A DNA stretch of 64,000 nt. It comes from Fistulifera solaris (Eukaryota). The DNA is taken from the NCBI GenBank assembly GCA_030295235.1, contig AP026164.1:1488001-1552000 (forward strand), in the 5' to 3' direction. The notes under the pieces were generated by a model. That model was not told where the DNA came from and did not search any database. It saw only the letters and a list, made by a program, of their open reading frames with translations. Every line of letters begins with the position of its first letter. Position 1 is the stretch's first letter. The position numbers were made by a program, and so were the translations under genes. Below, piece after piece: positions 24,401 through 35,175 of this stretch.

Positions 24401-26757
24401 ACTGCCCAGCTACCTCTTCCCTGGCAGCCTGCTCAATTCTCGAACGCATTGTACTTGCTTCCCCAGGCTCTGTGTTCCGTGAAGGAGACTTTTCCAGTAA
24501 CAAATCGTCCTTTGAGTTTCCAACCTCCCACGAGAAAACACTTCTGTTTAGTCCGCCGTTTGTGTCCATTGACTTCGCGGTCGTCTCCCCACCTCCGCCA
24601 AATCGTTTTTTCGATTGCAGGCCATTTCGCGATTGCGTACTTGTTTCGTGAGCGTTGACTTTACCATCTCCATTCAGCGAGGGCGTTCGGGCAAACCCTA
24701 CCGAAACAGTTGTCCCTTTACCAGCAACATACTCTGTCCTGGAAATCAGGGTCTTAAATTGCTCGGTAACTCGCGAAAGAGGCCGCTTCGGGGAAACACA
24801 GGCGGTCAATCCACCATTGTTCCTTAAAGACTTCGTCGTCCTTTGCTCGCTTGTGGCATTCACGGGAGACATCTGGGCGGGATACCCTACGTTGCTGGCC
24901 GGGCGAGGTAGATCTAACGGCTTGTATCGAACACCGTACTTTGTGCTCGAGGTCAGAGTAACTGCTTGCTCGAGCTCCGTATTTCGCAACTTATTTACTA
25001 CCTTCACACATTGGCTCAATCCATCGTTCTTGTTGAGCGGCTTCGTAGTCCTTTGTTCATCATCGCCAATGGATTTAGCCGGCGGCTGACCACTTCGAAC
25101 ATACAAGCCTGAACGGGAGCTTGATCTTTCATTTAAGTTGTGTTTACCACCTTCATCCACAGACTGGATCTTCTTTTTGCTACTTTCGCCGACAGACCTT
25201 GAGAGGCGACCATCTGAAGAATCATTTTGATCATTTCGAACTCGTTTTTGCTGTAGGGCTTCGTCTGTAGCAATATCGTCTTCTTTTCGCTTCTTTTCCG
25301 CGAATCAGAAAAAGTCGGCGAAGTATCGGCGCTACTCGGCGCAGCCAGTTGAGGCTGAGCGGCTAAACCCTCTGGGACCCACTCTTCATCTTCCGGGTCT
25401 TTACTTGACGTCTGTTGCTGATTCCTCACAGACTTGAGTCGAAGGCGCCTTGCTACTTGTGGAAGTGAAATAGTCTTGCCGTTTGATCGGTCTACTGGCA
25501 AGGATACTACCGCAGTGTGATCGATCCTATTAAAATCGACGGTGCGGGCTAAACAAAACTTGATCTGAATCTCTTTCGCTCCTCTTTTCCGAACGTCTTT
25601 AATAAGTATTTTCAGCTCTTCGACACTCTTGCAGGATGCACCATCGGCTTGCAAGATAATAGCCCCAAAAGCAAGGTTCTGCGGCGAAACCACATCGGCA
25701 AGTTGTCCTTTGTAGCCATCTTCCTTTTTCAAGACAAGCAAACCTGACTGGTTGTTACAACTATCTACTCTAACACCCAAGCTTTGCGTTGCATCCAATT
25801 TCAGTGTTATTTCAATTCCCTTAAGAAGCAGTTGCTGAATTGTATGACTTGTAACACGCCTTCTAAATTCTTTTCCCCAGTGAACGAAAAAGAGTCTCAC
25901 TGCTTCCTTCGGGCCTTCCGCATTAAGAAGCCATGTCTGCGGGCTGCCTTTGACATCCGTTAAAGTTGTTTTCAACTTTGTCTCTTTCTTGATAGCCGCG
26001 CATTTTTGTCGGAAATTTGTCGTGCATTCGGTCAAAAACTCGCTTGTGACGAACTCTTTCTTGCTTCCAGGCAGAAGGCGGGGTACCTTTAGTTGAGCCC
26101 GAATCATAGAGTATTCCGTTTCTTCACCACGTAATTTTTCGACTTCTTTTCTACGTTCACGATACGAGTTTCCAAGTTTTTCAACAAATGCTTCTCTTCT
26201 GCACGACACAACAAGTCATCCAAAGTCTTGATCAATTCCTTTTCCTCGGCGAGACAAATGGACATTTCGATGCGCTCCAACTCATCCGATTCCAACTTGA
26301 CGTAGCATTTATCTTGGACTTTCGTTTCGAAAACAGGGGTGAAACGACTGGAAGAGTGAGAGGAACCAGGCGAGGAGACGATAGGGTATTTATCCGACCA
26401 TTCTGCCTCTTGATCGACGTGCATATTCCTCATTTCCTCATCAATGTCCTCATCGGCCTCCATTGGTTCATTGTTTGCTTGACCTTCTCCTCCAAAACCT
26501 CTATTCGCTTCTGCGTTAGTATCATGTTGCTCATTCTCAAGCTCCATCAAGCCCTCATTTCGTTCAAGTAACGGCTGAGCACCGAGTCGAATGTAATCTT
26601 GCAGCAAGGGATCACGATGGAGATCTTCCAAAGGAAATAATGCAATGTCTTGCTCACGGCCGAGACGAAGCCCTGATACTTGCTCGGTACGGTTGCGACG
26701 CTGTTCGTTCGCAACAATTGCCTGAATGAAGTTGACCCGCAAGGCCGAGTCGTCCAT
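21497..26757 (-). CDS. Large multidomain protein, paralog B (about 1750 aa if the fragments are joined): acidic N-terminus, two PDZ-like domains, C2-like domain, ankyrin repeat, two CCCH zinc fingers
   Basis: Seven abutting or overlapping minus-strand ORFs colinear with paralog A; SLGVRVD and SLGFYC...GQASKDRRIQPGTKLIGI (PDZ-like), FDIHVFSIRSLRLP...CYVYL (C2-like), LTLLHAAIA...AGANP (ankyrin), CRYF-x5-C-x5-C-x3-H and CRYWPRC-x6-CRYFH. Confidence 0.7.
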
Positions 26758-27299
26758 GGTCGTAATATTTGTTCTTTTGCTTACTTCCTTTAAATGCTAT
26801 GTTGTTCATACAGAGTCGTCTTCACAGAGAAATGATTGACGCTGGTGACAAGCTAATGTAGCCCGGGTCCGGGAATAATGGCTTGATTATTATAACACTT
26901 CAACCCTCTCTTAGCAGTGACACGGCGTCGTTTGAATTGTGTTAACAAAGTATTCTTTGGTCACTTTGCTGCCTCCGCTGCGGAAGGTGTAGGAAATGGA
27001 AGGTCCGATAACTTGTACTGTACTATAGAGAATCCGTAGTAAGACTGGAAATACACTCGACCAAACAGAAAGTTTTAGGAGATTTCATTACCGTTACGAG
27101 TTCAGAAGTCAGGAGACGGATGAAGCAAGGACGGAAGAAACGGCAAAGGAAAAACCGAACACCGAGCCAAGGTGCAACGTGCAACCGCATCGAAACAACG
27201 ATAAACGACAAAACACTTTTGCTTCCGAAGGTCCCCTGTACTCCATTACCCAGCTCCCCGCATTCTTTTCACAATTCATAACCTCAAATAAAAGCAGAA

Positions 27300-27758
27300 A
27301 TGGCGCCGATTAATGTCGTAACAATGATGCTCATGCCGGTGTCGCAGGTCGTCTCGTGGCATATGATTCTGACACAAGAACTCTACCCCACTTTGTTCAA
27401 ATTGTCGTGTTTTTACGGAAGTTGGGCCATCTATAATGTTGTCACCGGAGGAAAAGATTTGGCATTTGTTAGTTTTGGTCTTTTGGCGTCCGCCGTTCAT
27501 TTTAAGAATCACAAATTCATTTTTGCGGCGAGTTCGTTGGTATTCGTCAATTACGCTTTGCCCTTTGTTTTTGTGGCTCGATGGAGTGCGGCTAAACTAG
27601 CGAAAGTGATCAAAAAAGCAGACGAAAGCACGCTGGCTTTGATGTGGGGGTACATTTACAAGCTGTACTTTGTCAGCAACATCTGTCTTTGGGCCTTTGT
27701 CATTTACAAAGTTTATACATCATTCGAAGGCTACCGAAGAATCAACGGAGTCCAGTAA
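27300..27758 (+). CDS. Small multi-pass membrane protein, unknown function
   Basis: 152-aa ORF with about four hydrophobic segments. Confidence 0.6.
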   Translation: MAPINVVTMMLMPVSQVVSWHMILTQELYPTLFKLSCFYGSWAIYNVVTGGKDLAFVSFGLLASAVHFKNHKFIFAASSLVFVNYALPFVFVARWSAAKLAKVIKKADESTLALMWGYIYKLYFVSNICLWAFVIYKVYTSFEGYRRINGVQ

Positions 27759-27977
27759 TTTATGGGAAGTGCTGTTCATGCCTAATCAGGGCTCTATCTT
27801 TGTGGGAAATTCACTAGAGAGGGGAAGCTGTCGGCTAGGGAACGAAATTTATAGAAAAAGTAACTGAAGAGAATAGACGACGAGCCAAAATATTCTCTGT
27901 AACTTCATGCTCTAATGGACGACTTAGTATAGTTACTGTATGTAAAATTAGCCTTAGCGTGGCAAAAGGTTACAAAA

Positions 27978-28059
27978 CGTTGGCGACAGGACTCGAACCT
28001 GCGCGGGATAGACCCAAGTGATTTCTAATCAATCGCCTTAACCACTCGGCCACGCCAAC
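27978..28059 (-). tRNA. tRNA-Ser (anticodon AGA)
   Basis: GTTGGCG/CGCCAAC acceptor stem, A-box TGGCCGAGTGG, anticodon loop TTAGAAA, long variable arm, GGTTCGAGTCC T-arm, G discriminator, followed by TTTT. Confidence 0.93.
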
Positions 28060-28261
28060 CCTAATACAATTTTGGTGGGAATCAATTTACAAAGATTGCC
28101 TAAAGTTTTTGATTTGGTCATTCACCAAAAACTCGAAACAACCATTTTCACTCCAGCAAAGCGGTCAAGCCAACACTTAACATCGCCCTCTTTCATCGGA
28201 TTAGACCAAGAGAACACAATAACTTATGAATACGAATACCTAATAGAAGCGATAAACGAGA

Positions 28262-29415
28262 ATGGACTCTTGCAGAGATTATCAGCGACATAACGCTCAA
28301 GCAAAAGGGATTCATTCGAGCCATGTCTTCATATTTCTGTGTTTCGGGCTCTCGCTTCTATTAACGGGCATGGAGTGGTCTTCTCTTTCACAGGATACGG
28401 TGGAATCCAATGTTGACAAAGGCATGTCGAATGATTTACTACTCGGGGTTCGTCCATTACTCAATCAACCGATTCATTTGAGAGACATCCCCTCGAACGA
28501 AACGAGGAACGTTATCCTCATCGAACCCGACATGCTGGCGACTGAAACTATCTTTAGATTTTCTTTCCACGCGGGCTGCTTTACAATGAGAAACAGGGAA
28601 ATGAGAAACAATTGCAACCGCAATGCTCCTTATACCAAACTAGACTCCATTCTCATGAACGTCAACGTGTTGTATCATCCCCGTTTCGGCGCTACCCGGG
28701 ACGCCACTACACTCTTCTTCAACTTGAGACATCCGATCGATCGACTCGTTACTTGGTACAACTATGCACACCCAGACAATTGTATAAATCAGTCACTTGG
28801 CTGTCTCACGAAACGAAAAATCGAAAAAGATCCGGAGGGCTGGGAGTTTCATTTCTTTCGAAGATGTTTTCCTGTGTTCGACGCTTTTATCGAGACTTTT
28901 CAAAAAACTTTACCGAAGAGTACACCGACAATTACAACTCAACATGTACCTATCTTGCGGAGAAACTAGTCAGTGGCAAGCGAGACGAGAACGAGATTGC
29001 TATTCATATGGCTGCAAACCTTCGCCACTATCACACAAATACTATAGCTCTTTATCCTTACAAGGAAATATGGGTTGTCCGAACAGAACACGTATACGAC
29101 GATCTCAATGCTCTCGAATTGCTATTAGGTGGCGAGAACAATCAGTATGGACTGAGTGAGTTCTTTTCAAGTCTGACGAAGCACGTAGACGAGTTTCTCG
29201 TAAAACAGGTGGTGCCTCAACCCACTGCAAAGCTTTTATGCTGTGTGCTCATAGATGATCTAATTGTGTACAGTGACGTGCTTAATCGAGCTGAGAATAT
29301 GGACGACATTTCTAAGCACGACGAGTGGAGCGATGTCATGCAAAGATGTGGCGTCGATGCATGGACCAAATTGAAACAAGACTGTAGTATGATAAGTAGA
29401 ATAAAGAACTTATAA
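28262..29415 (+). CDS. Type II membrane sulfotransferase-like protein (frameshift near 28910)
   Basis: N-terminal anchor VFIFLCFGLSLLL; FFNLRHPIDRLVTWYNYAHP resembles the 3'-PB motif; HMAANLRHY, IWVVRTEHVYDDL and LCCVL in the downstream frame. Confidence 0.65.
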
Positions 29416-29482
29416 GTCGTAAGCGCTTGGCAACAATCGGTAGCAAGCGAATGACCAATGAGTTCTGTAAGTAAGTGTTTAT

Positions 29483-31180
29483 CTATGCATTCATCAACTC
29501 CATCAATTCTTTATCGGCTTCCCTCATCATGGCGTCCAATCCCGAAACGACGTCTTCCAATGTCATATCATCAGAACCGAGAGACGCAGTTGCGTCCGTC
29601 GAGCAATCTCCGTCCACCTTAAATTGCTCGAAATCCTCTTTGACTTCTTTCAGCAAATTATCAACGTTCCTTTCAAACTCTTTGTCGCTGAGCTTTTCCT
29701 TTTCTCGTGCATTGGGGTCTGTATCGTCACTAGCTAGCAAAAAAGCATTTCGCTCGAGTACTTCACCCTCTGGAATTTCTCCAGTTTTCGATGGCGATTC
29801 TTGATTCTCGCTTCGTTTGAAACTGCCATCAAGAATACTGACCGTGAGCGGCAGCGCTAAAAACTTGCGCATGTGAATAACAACCTCTTCGTGACGAAGG
29901 TCTCCAGCAGCTTCAAATCGTTCCGCAGCTTGACGGTACAAATCCATAATCTCATTGACCCTGTTAACCGTTGGGTCGTGCTTCAACGCCAACTCTTTTG
30001 TCTGTATTTCCTGCACCAGCTGCATCGCTTCGTTAATTGCTCGGTAGGCCGCTGCATTTGTGTGCTTACCCCTCACGCCATGGTCTTTCAAAACCGACTG
30101 AATTTGATGGACAGCATCTGCTGAATCGGGACACATATAAATCAAGGGTTCATCAAGAGCAGGCTTGAAGAAAAGAGAGAGAGATTCTTGTCTTCGGAAC
30201 TTCAATTTGGCGAGCATATCGATCGGAATGCAAAAAGTAACCGTTCCGTTTGTCGTTTGCAATTTGCTGGCTTTCAGTTCGATAATGTGCGTCTCCGTAA
30301 TCATGAGAAAAGTCTCTTCGATAATACTTCGAGCCGACTTTTGAAAGGAACGAAGCATAGCGCCCGCGCTTTTGAAAGATTTCTGCTCTTCTTTATGAGA
30401 TGCAGTCTGGATGATATCATCCACAAAAGTAGGTCGCTTAATGGCTTTGCACGAATATACACCTCGCGCATCGACCCAAGGTTCGTCCAGCAAATTGATG
30501 TCATCTCCTGCTTTAACATTACTAGGTCTTACAGCACTTTTTGTAGGTGTACCCTTTCCGCCTGTTGGCTCCTTGCTGCTAAACGCTTTGCTCAAGCCTT
30601 TCGTTACATTGTCGGCGAATCGTCTCGCCCCTTTCTGAAGCTCTTCCACAGGATCAATAATCTCACTACCTTCTGCTACCTCGAATGGTTCTCCTTCTTT
30701 AATGCTCTCTTTTACTTTGAGTGCGACATTCATGATAGCATCGGTTAGATGAAGACTTGGTGTCCAATCAATATCCATGGGGACGCGATTTCCGTCACGG
30801 ATCGTAGAACCAGACGGAAAGCAACCAGCGCCAGACTCTAAAATAACCACCGGAGGCATAAAGGGATACGATGGAGTCTCTGTGTCTAAACTTCCATCGG
30901 ATCTTTTCCGGAGCGAGGCATCCACTTTCACCACAATTACATGAACCATTTCCGAACGGGGTGCCAATTTCGTCACTAACTCGATTGCGAAATCGACGTA
31001 GCATATTCCTTCAGCAATATCCAATCTATGATCTTTGATTGTAACAAAACTAGGAATGACGGAACGAACTTCGTCGGTCGATTCCGCCGTGGCGTTGTCG
31101 GTCGTGAGCGCCAGGAGTTCGCGTTGGACCCGTGTCGACCAAATGTCCGCGTTGCTGTTGTGTTTCTCTTGTCCCGGCAT
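29483..31180 (-). CDS. Protein with an N-terminal UBC/UEV-like fold, central PH-like domain and helical C-terminus
   Basis: Intact 565-aa ORF; WSTRVQRELLAL, YPFMPPVV and DWTPSLHLTDAIMNV (E2 fold, no HPN motif or catalytic Cys seen); FLMITETHIIEL...IPIDMLAKLKF...DAVHQIQSVL (PH-like). Confidence 0.65.
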   Translation of the reverse strand: MPGQEKHNSNADIWSTRVQRELLALTTDNATAESTDEVRSVIPSFVTIKDHRLDIAEGICYVDFAIELVTKLAPRSEMVHVIVVKVDASLRKRSDGSLDTETPSYPFMPPVVILESGAGCFPSGSTIRDGNRVPMDIDWTPSLHLTDAIMNVALKVKESIKEGEPFEVAEGSEIIDPVEELQKGARRFADNVTKGLSKAFSSKEPTGGKGTPTKSAVRPSNVKAGDDINLLDEPWVDARGVYSCKAIKRPTFVDDIIQTASHKEEQKSFKSAGAMLRSFQKSARSIIEETFLMITETHIIELKASKLQTTNGTVTFCIPIDMLAKLKFRRQESLSLFFKPALDEPLIYMCPDSADAVHQIQSVLKDHGVRGKHTNAAAYRAINEAMQLVQEIQTKELALKHDPTVNRVNEIMDLYRQAAERFEAAGDLRHEEVVIHMRKFLALPLTVSILDGSFKRSENQESPSKTGEIPEGEVLERNAFLLASDDTDPNAREKEKLSDKEFERNVDNLLKEVKEDFEQFKVDGDCSTDATASLGSDDMTLEDVVSGLDAMMREADKELMELMNA

Positions 31181-31780
31181 GCTGTCCGCCCAAATCGTAT
31201 ATTCTATTCAATAAATTGCAATGGAAAAAGCACTGCAAGAAAATTAAGAAAGAATATCCAATACTGTGAGGAGGGGAAAGCAGGAAAAACTCAATGAAAG
31301 ATGCGAATGCAATTGCTGGACGGAGGTATCGCTGTCCGCCGAGGGTGGATCATAATTGTCCGCTGATTCTTATATTGCAAGAAGATCTCTTACCGGATGA
31401 GTTGGTTACTACTGATCATCTACTTTGAAAGGACTTAATTGCTTAGAGGTTGTACCCTTGTACCCTCTCTCTGTGTTCCTTATGTTGCACTGAGCAACGC
31501 GAAAACTGCCCCGCATTTTATTTTAGACTTCGCAGTCATCATGGCAGGGAAGTACGAGCATAAACAGTGCAAACATTGTAGTCCTACCGGTACCCAAGAC
31601 TGACACTCCGAGTGCGAAAAGAGCAACAATTCGAAAGATGAAACCTCCGTTCGTTGAGCTGGATTGTTAAGCTGAATTTCTTATCATTACAATGAAATTA
31701 TTTTTAGCATTACTAGCAGTTTGCGCCTCAAGTCGTGGCGTAAAGCGTAAAAACTCATTTCGATGTTTGTCTTCACTTTT

Positions 31781-32280
31781 ACTATAGATCCTAAGTGTTG
31801 ACTTACCGTTACCACGACCCACGACTGCGTTTCAGTCATGAATCGTGATTTCTCCCAGCCAAATTGATACTTTGTATTGAACCTACCTTCGTTCTGGTAG
31901 TTTGGTGAGCTGAAATTGCAAGTCAATTATTTCTAGCAGCACTCGCAATGCGAGCTTCGATTCTTTACGTTGAAACTCTATGCGGATCGTTGAGTTGCAT
32001 ATTTACTGCAACCCAAAGTGTAGGCGGAACTTCACCATGACTGCATTTCAGTCATGAATAAGTCATTTTTCCGAGCCAGATTGATATTGAACTTCCCTTC
32101 GTTCTGCTATTTGGTAAGCTGAAATTGTATTATTGTAATAAAAATATTTCAGGATCATTTGCAAATGTGCGCGTCGATCGTTTACGTCGAAATTCGTTCG
32201 GATCGTTCTCTCTTGACTACTCACTGTACACCTCAAGAGTAGGCTGGACTTCACCACGACTGCTGTTTCAGTCACGAAAG
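31781..32280. repeat. Tandem ~216-220-bp units of a dispersed repeat family with hairpin core CATGACTG-CATTT-CAGTCATG
   Basis: CAGTCA cores at 31833, 32049 and 32269; shared blocks TTCGTTCTG, GGT(G/A)AGCTGAAATTG, TTTACGT, CGGATCGTT. Confidence 0.85.
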
Positions 32281-32764
32281 CGTTAGCGATTGCCGAGATT
32301 CTGCTCGGCGCAAATAAAAAGAACGTGAAAAACACCATGGACATTAGTTTAACGCGTTGAAACAAAACACGTTGAAAACACCTCCGTTACTTAACCAACG
32401 CCGACTTGCTAAATTAAAAACAGGCCCAACAACTGCAACGTCCCACGAGAGCAATTTCGTTCGGAACAAGTAATGATGAGTACACCAATCCGAAGGTCTC
32501 CGCGTCAACCTATTTCGCCTATTGCTTCTGAGGTAGGTTCTTTCCTCTTTGCACCGTGTCTCGTGTTTGTCCTATTAGTATCACATTAAAATGACGATGA
32601 AATCGAGTAGCAAAAGAGCTGGCAGAAATGCGTTATTCGATCCGTTTTGGCATCGTATAGTGCACGCTTGTCTCGAGCCTTCCCTGTCCACTAGCTATGA
32701 AGCAAACACAACGGAACGGATACTACCAGAGAACTCAAAACAATTGACAGGAGGAAAAATTATC

Positions 32765-33492
32765 ATGCGGGAACCCGTTCGTCGCTCTTTTGGTCCACCG
32801 GAACCCATTGTCTCACGCGTTTCTCTTCATTCGGCGGATCTTGTCATTCTTGACGACATGCAGGAAGAAAGGGAGCAAGCACTTCGTGACTACAAGGTAA
32901 CGATCGAGTACAAACACCTTAAATCACATGCACCGGGTGGTGTGTACGTGATTCCGAGTTTGGACGATTTGCGAACCTTTACGGCATCATTTTTGTGCGC
33001 CGCGGTGTTTTTGCAAATGGTATCTTCAAATTCGTCTTGCGTCTACCACTGCTGTACAACGACGTGGATCAACACCCTCGCATTACGTTTCAGTCAGAAG
33101 TGTACAACCCGTACATCGACGAAACGACCGGTGAATTAGATATCAAGACGGCTTACCCAAATTGGGATCCATCCAAGCATTATCTTGTAACTGTGTTGAC
33201 GTTCCTGAAGAAAATATTTTACGCCAAATCCTTCGGGGATGCTCAAGCTAACATGGAAGCACGGCAACTTGCGGAGGAAAATATGGCCGTCTATAGAGCC
33301 AAGGTTGACGCATGTGTTAGTAAATCACAAAAGGACGTTTATGACAATGATCCAGAGTCGGTGGCAAAGTTCACCGAGGAGCAACTAAGTCACCGAGTTC
33401 TGAGGGACTTGTTGAAGGCAAATGTCAAGGACCCAGCGCAAGTGAGTAAAACGGCACTTTTGTCGATGATTTCAAAAGCGAGCAACGTTTAA
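32765..33492 (+). CDS. AKTIP: AKTIP/FTS/crossbronx-like ubiquitin-conjugating enzyme variant (frameshift near 32978)
   Basis: IEYKHLKSHAPGGVYVIPS...GIIFVRRGVFANGIFKF, HPRITFQSEVYNPYIDETTGELD (Asp in place of the catalytic Cys), VLTFLKKIFY. Confidence 0.8.
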
Positions 33493-33757
33493 TAGTGAAC
33501 GTCCTTTTCAGATCATGAATAAAGCATTCTGTTTATTTAAGTAATATATACACATCATTAGGTAGAGGGCAATATAATGACCTTTCTTTCAAATTACAAT
33601 ACGTGCCTGAGCAGAGTGAACGGTTGATAGATCACTGCTCGAAGTCATTTTAAAATGCGGAGTGTAGAAATGTCAGAAGGGACGTGCTGAGCTTTCGGAT
33701 CCATTCCCAGAACGTGAGAGATAGTCAACTCAACGACCTAAAATCAGCAATAGAAGC

Positions 33758-34429
33758 TCATTTCGGTTTCGGTTTCCATGACAAGATTTGAACAACCCTC
33801 CGTATAAGTCTTCCGTCCTTTGAACTCTTACGGCGCTGCTGGCGTATTGTCGCTACTTCTAAACAGGCCTCACGTAACTCCCGAAGCGAAAGCCCCGCGT
33901 CCAAAAGCTCATCTTGTCGACACCTGGAAGGCGTCAGCATTTCCATTCGAATACGACGCGGAGGCCGTTGCTGTTCATAATCATCAATGGAAACTTGAAT
34001 GTGTTCTACAGCTTGCCATCCGATCCCTACCGGAGGTCCAGTCGAAGGAACGCTGGCTCCGAGAACCTTTTCGTGTACGTGAATATCAATCGTGGACCAT
34101 CTTATGGCTGTCTTGCGATTGATGGTGTTTTCAATTTCCGAATTCCGGGCATCTACGGACGAAGGGGGTGTTAACCGGCCAAACGATGAGTCGAGTAAAT
34201 CAAGCGTGTGAGCTGCGCTATCGTTCCATGATTCGACAGGTAACAGCCTGCGGTTATTCTCTAAGCTTTTCTTCTGCGGGCACGTAGCTTTTTGATCCGA
34301 ATGGTCATTGGAGACGGGTAACTTGATGAGCCCTTTTTCCCGCTCTGGGGTTTTCTGCTGCGCACTTCTACATCGAAGCGTGGAAACTTTCCTTCTGGAT
34401 GGGCTCAAATATTGAACAGCGTTAGCCAT
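33758..34429 (-). CDS. Diatom-type hypothetical protein with a 'RWSTIDIH...GPPVGIGW...SIDDYE' motif
   Basis: 223-aa ORF with a motif set common in expanded stramenopile families (VxF-like docking motif followed by GPPxxxGW). Confidence 0.65.
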   Translation of the reverse strand: MANAVQYLSPSRRKVSTLRCRSAQQKTPEREKGLIKLPVSNDHSDQKATCPQKKSLENNRRLLPVESWNDSAAHTLDLLDSSFGRLTPPSSVDARNSEIENTINRKTAIRWSTIDIHVHEKVLGASVPSTGPPVGIGWQAVEHIQVSIDDYEQQRPPRRIRMEMLTPSRCRQDELLDAGLSLRELREACLEVATIRQQRRKSSKDGRLIRRVVQILSWKPKPK

Positions 34430-35175
34430 GGTTGTGAGTTGCGTAATGATAGAGAAGCTTTTATGATGATATCTTCGTCCCTAAGGATTCGATGAAATAA
34501 AACAAGCGACCCGTTTACAGAGCGTATGGGGTTTGATGAATTGCGACAGTTTGCAAAAATGATAGAAGGGACAAACAGCCAACAGCCAGCAGCCAACAGC
34601 AAACAGACTTCAATCTCGTATCTGTTGTCGGTCGTTCTTTTCATCCAGAATACGGACAAGAATTCCTTTCGCATCCAAAAACGACATTCAATCCGATACC
34701 AAGTACTGGTACCAGCAGTAGTGTCATGATGCTTCGTCTAAATCAGTCTATCGTAGCGGTACAGGTGTTCGGTCGTCGTAATTATGACTGTCAGAATTAT
34801 TGCAAAGTTCCTGTTGTCTGTTCGGAACTTTGTCAATCTTGTCGTGTTTCGTGTTTGAATTCGTTCGGTTGTTTTGTCTTAGCTTTGGCAAGAAAGCTTT
34901 ATCCTCAATGTTGAACATCACGCAACATTCAGTCCAATACAAACGAATGCACTGTTAATCCAAAAGGAGCTAGGTGAAAGCAGGGGCGATTTCGTCGTAC
35001 TACTTACGTGTAAGACTTGCAATCACGGGAACTAATTCGGAAACGAATGAGGTTAGGAGTAATGAGTAAATGGCAACGAATGTTAAACGTATTCGGACTA
35101 CGAGCGGCAAATCTACGTGAGACATCCATTTACTCTAGATTAGATTAGTCTGTGCAATAGCTAAATCATCTGCCC

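Noticed and set aside
28009..28035. Mismatch in the tRNA-Ser anticodon stem (ATTGA/TCACT) as a sign of pseudogene or editing
   Set aside because: A single mismatch in an otherwise canonical tRNA within an error-prone assembly is not enough evidence.
31687..32365. Minus-strand ORFs containing FMTETQ/FVTETA as a protein repeat
   Set aside because: Frame is not maintained among repeat units and other units contain stops; treated as non-coding, although ancient coding origin is not excluded.
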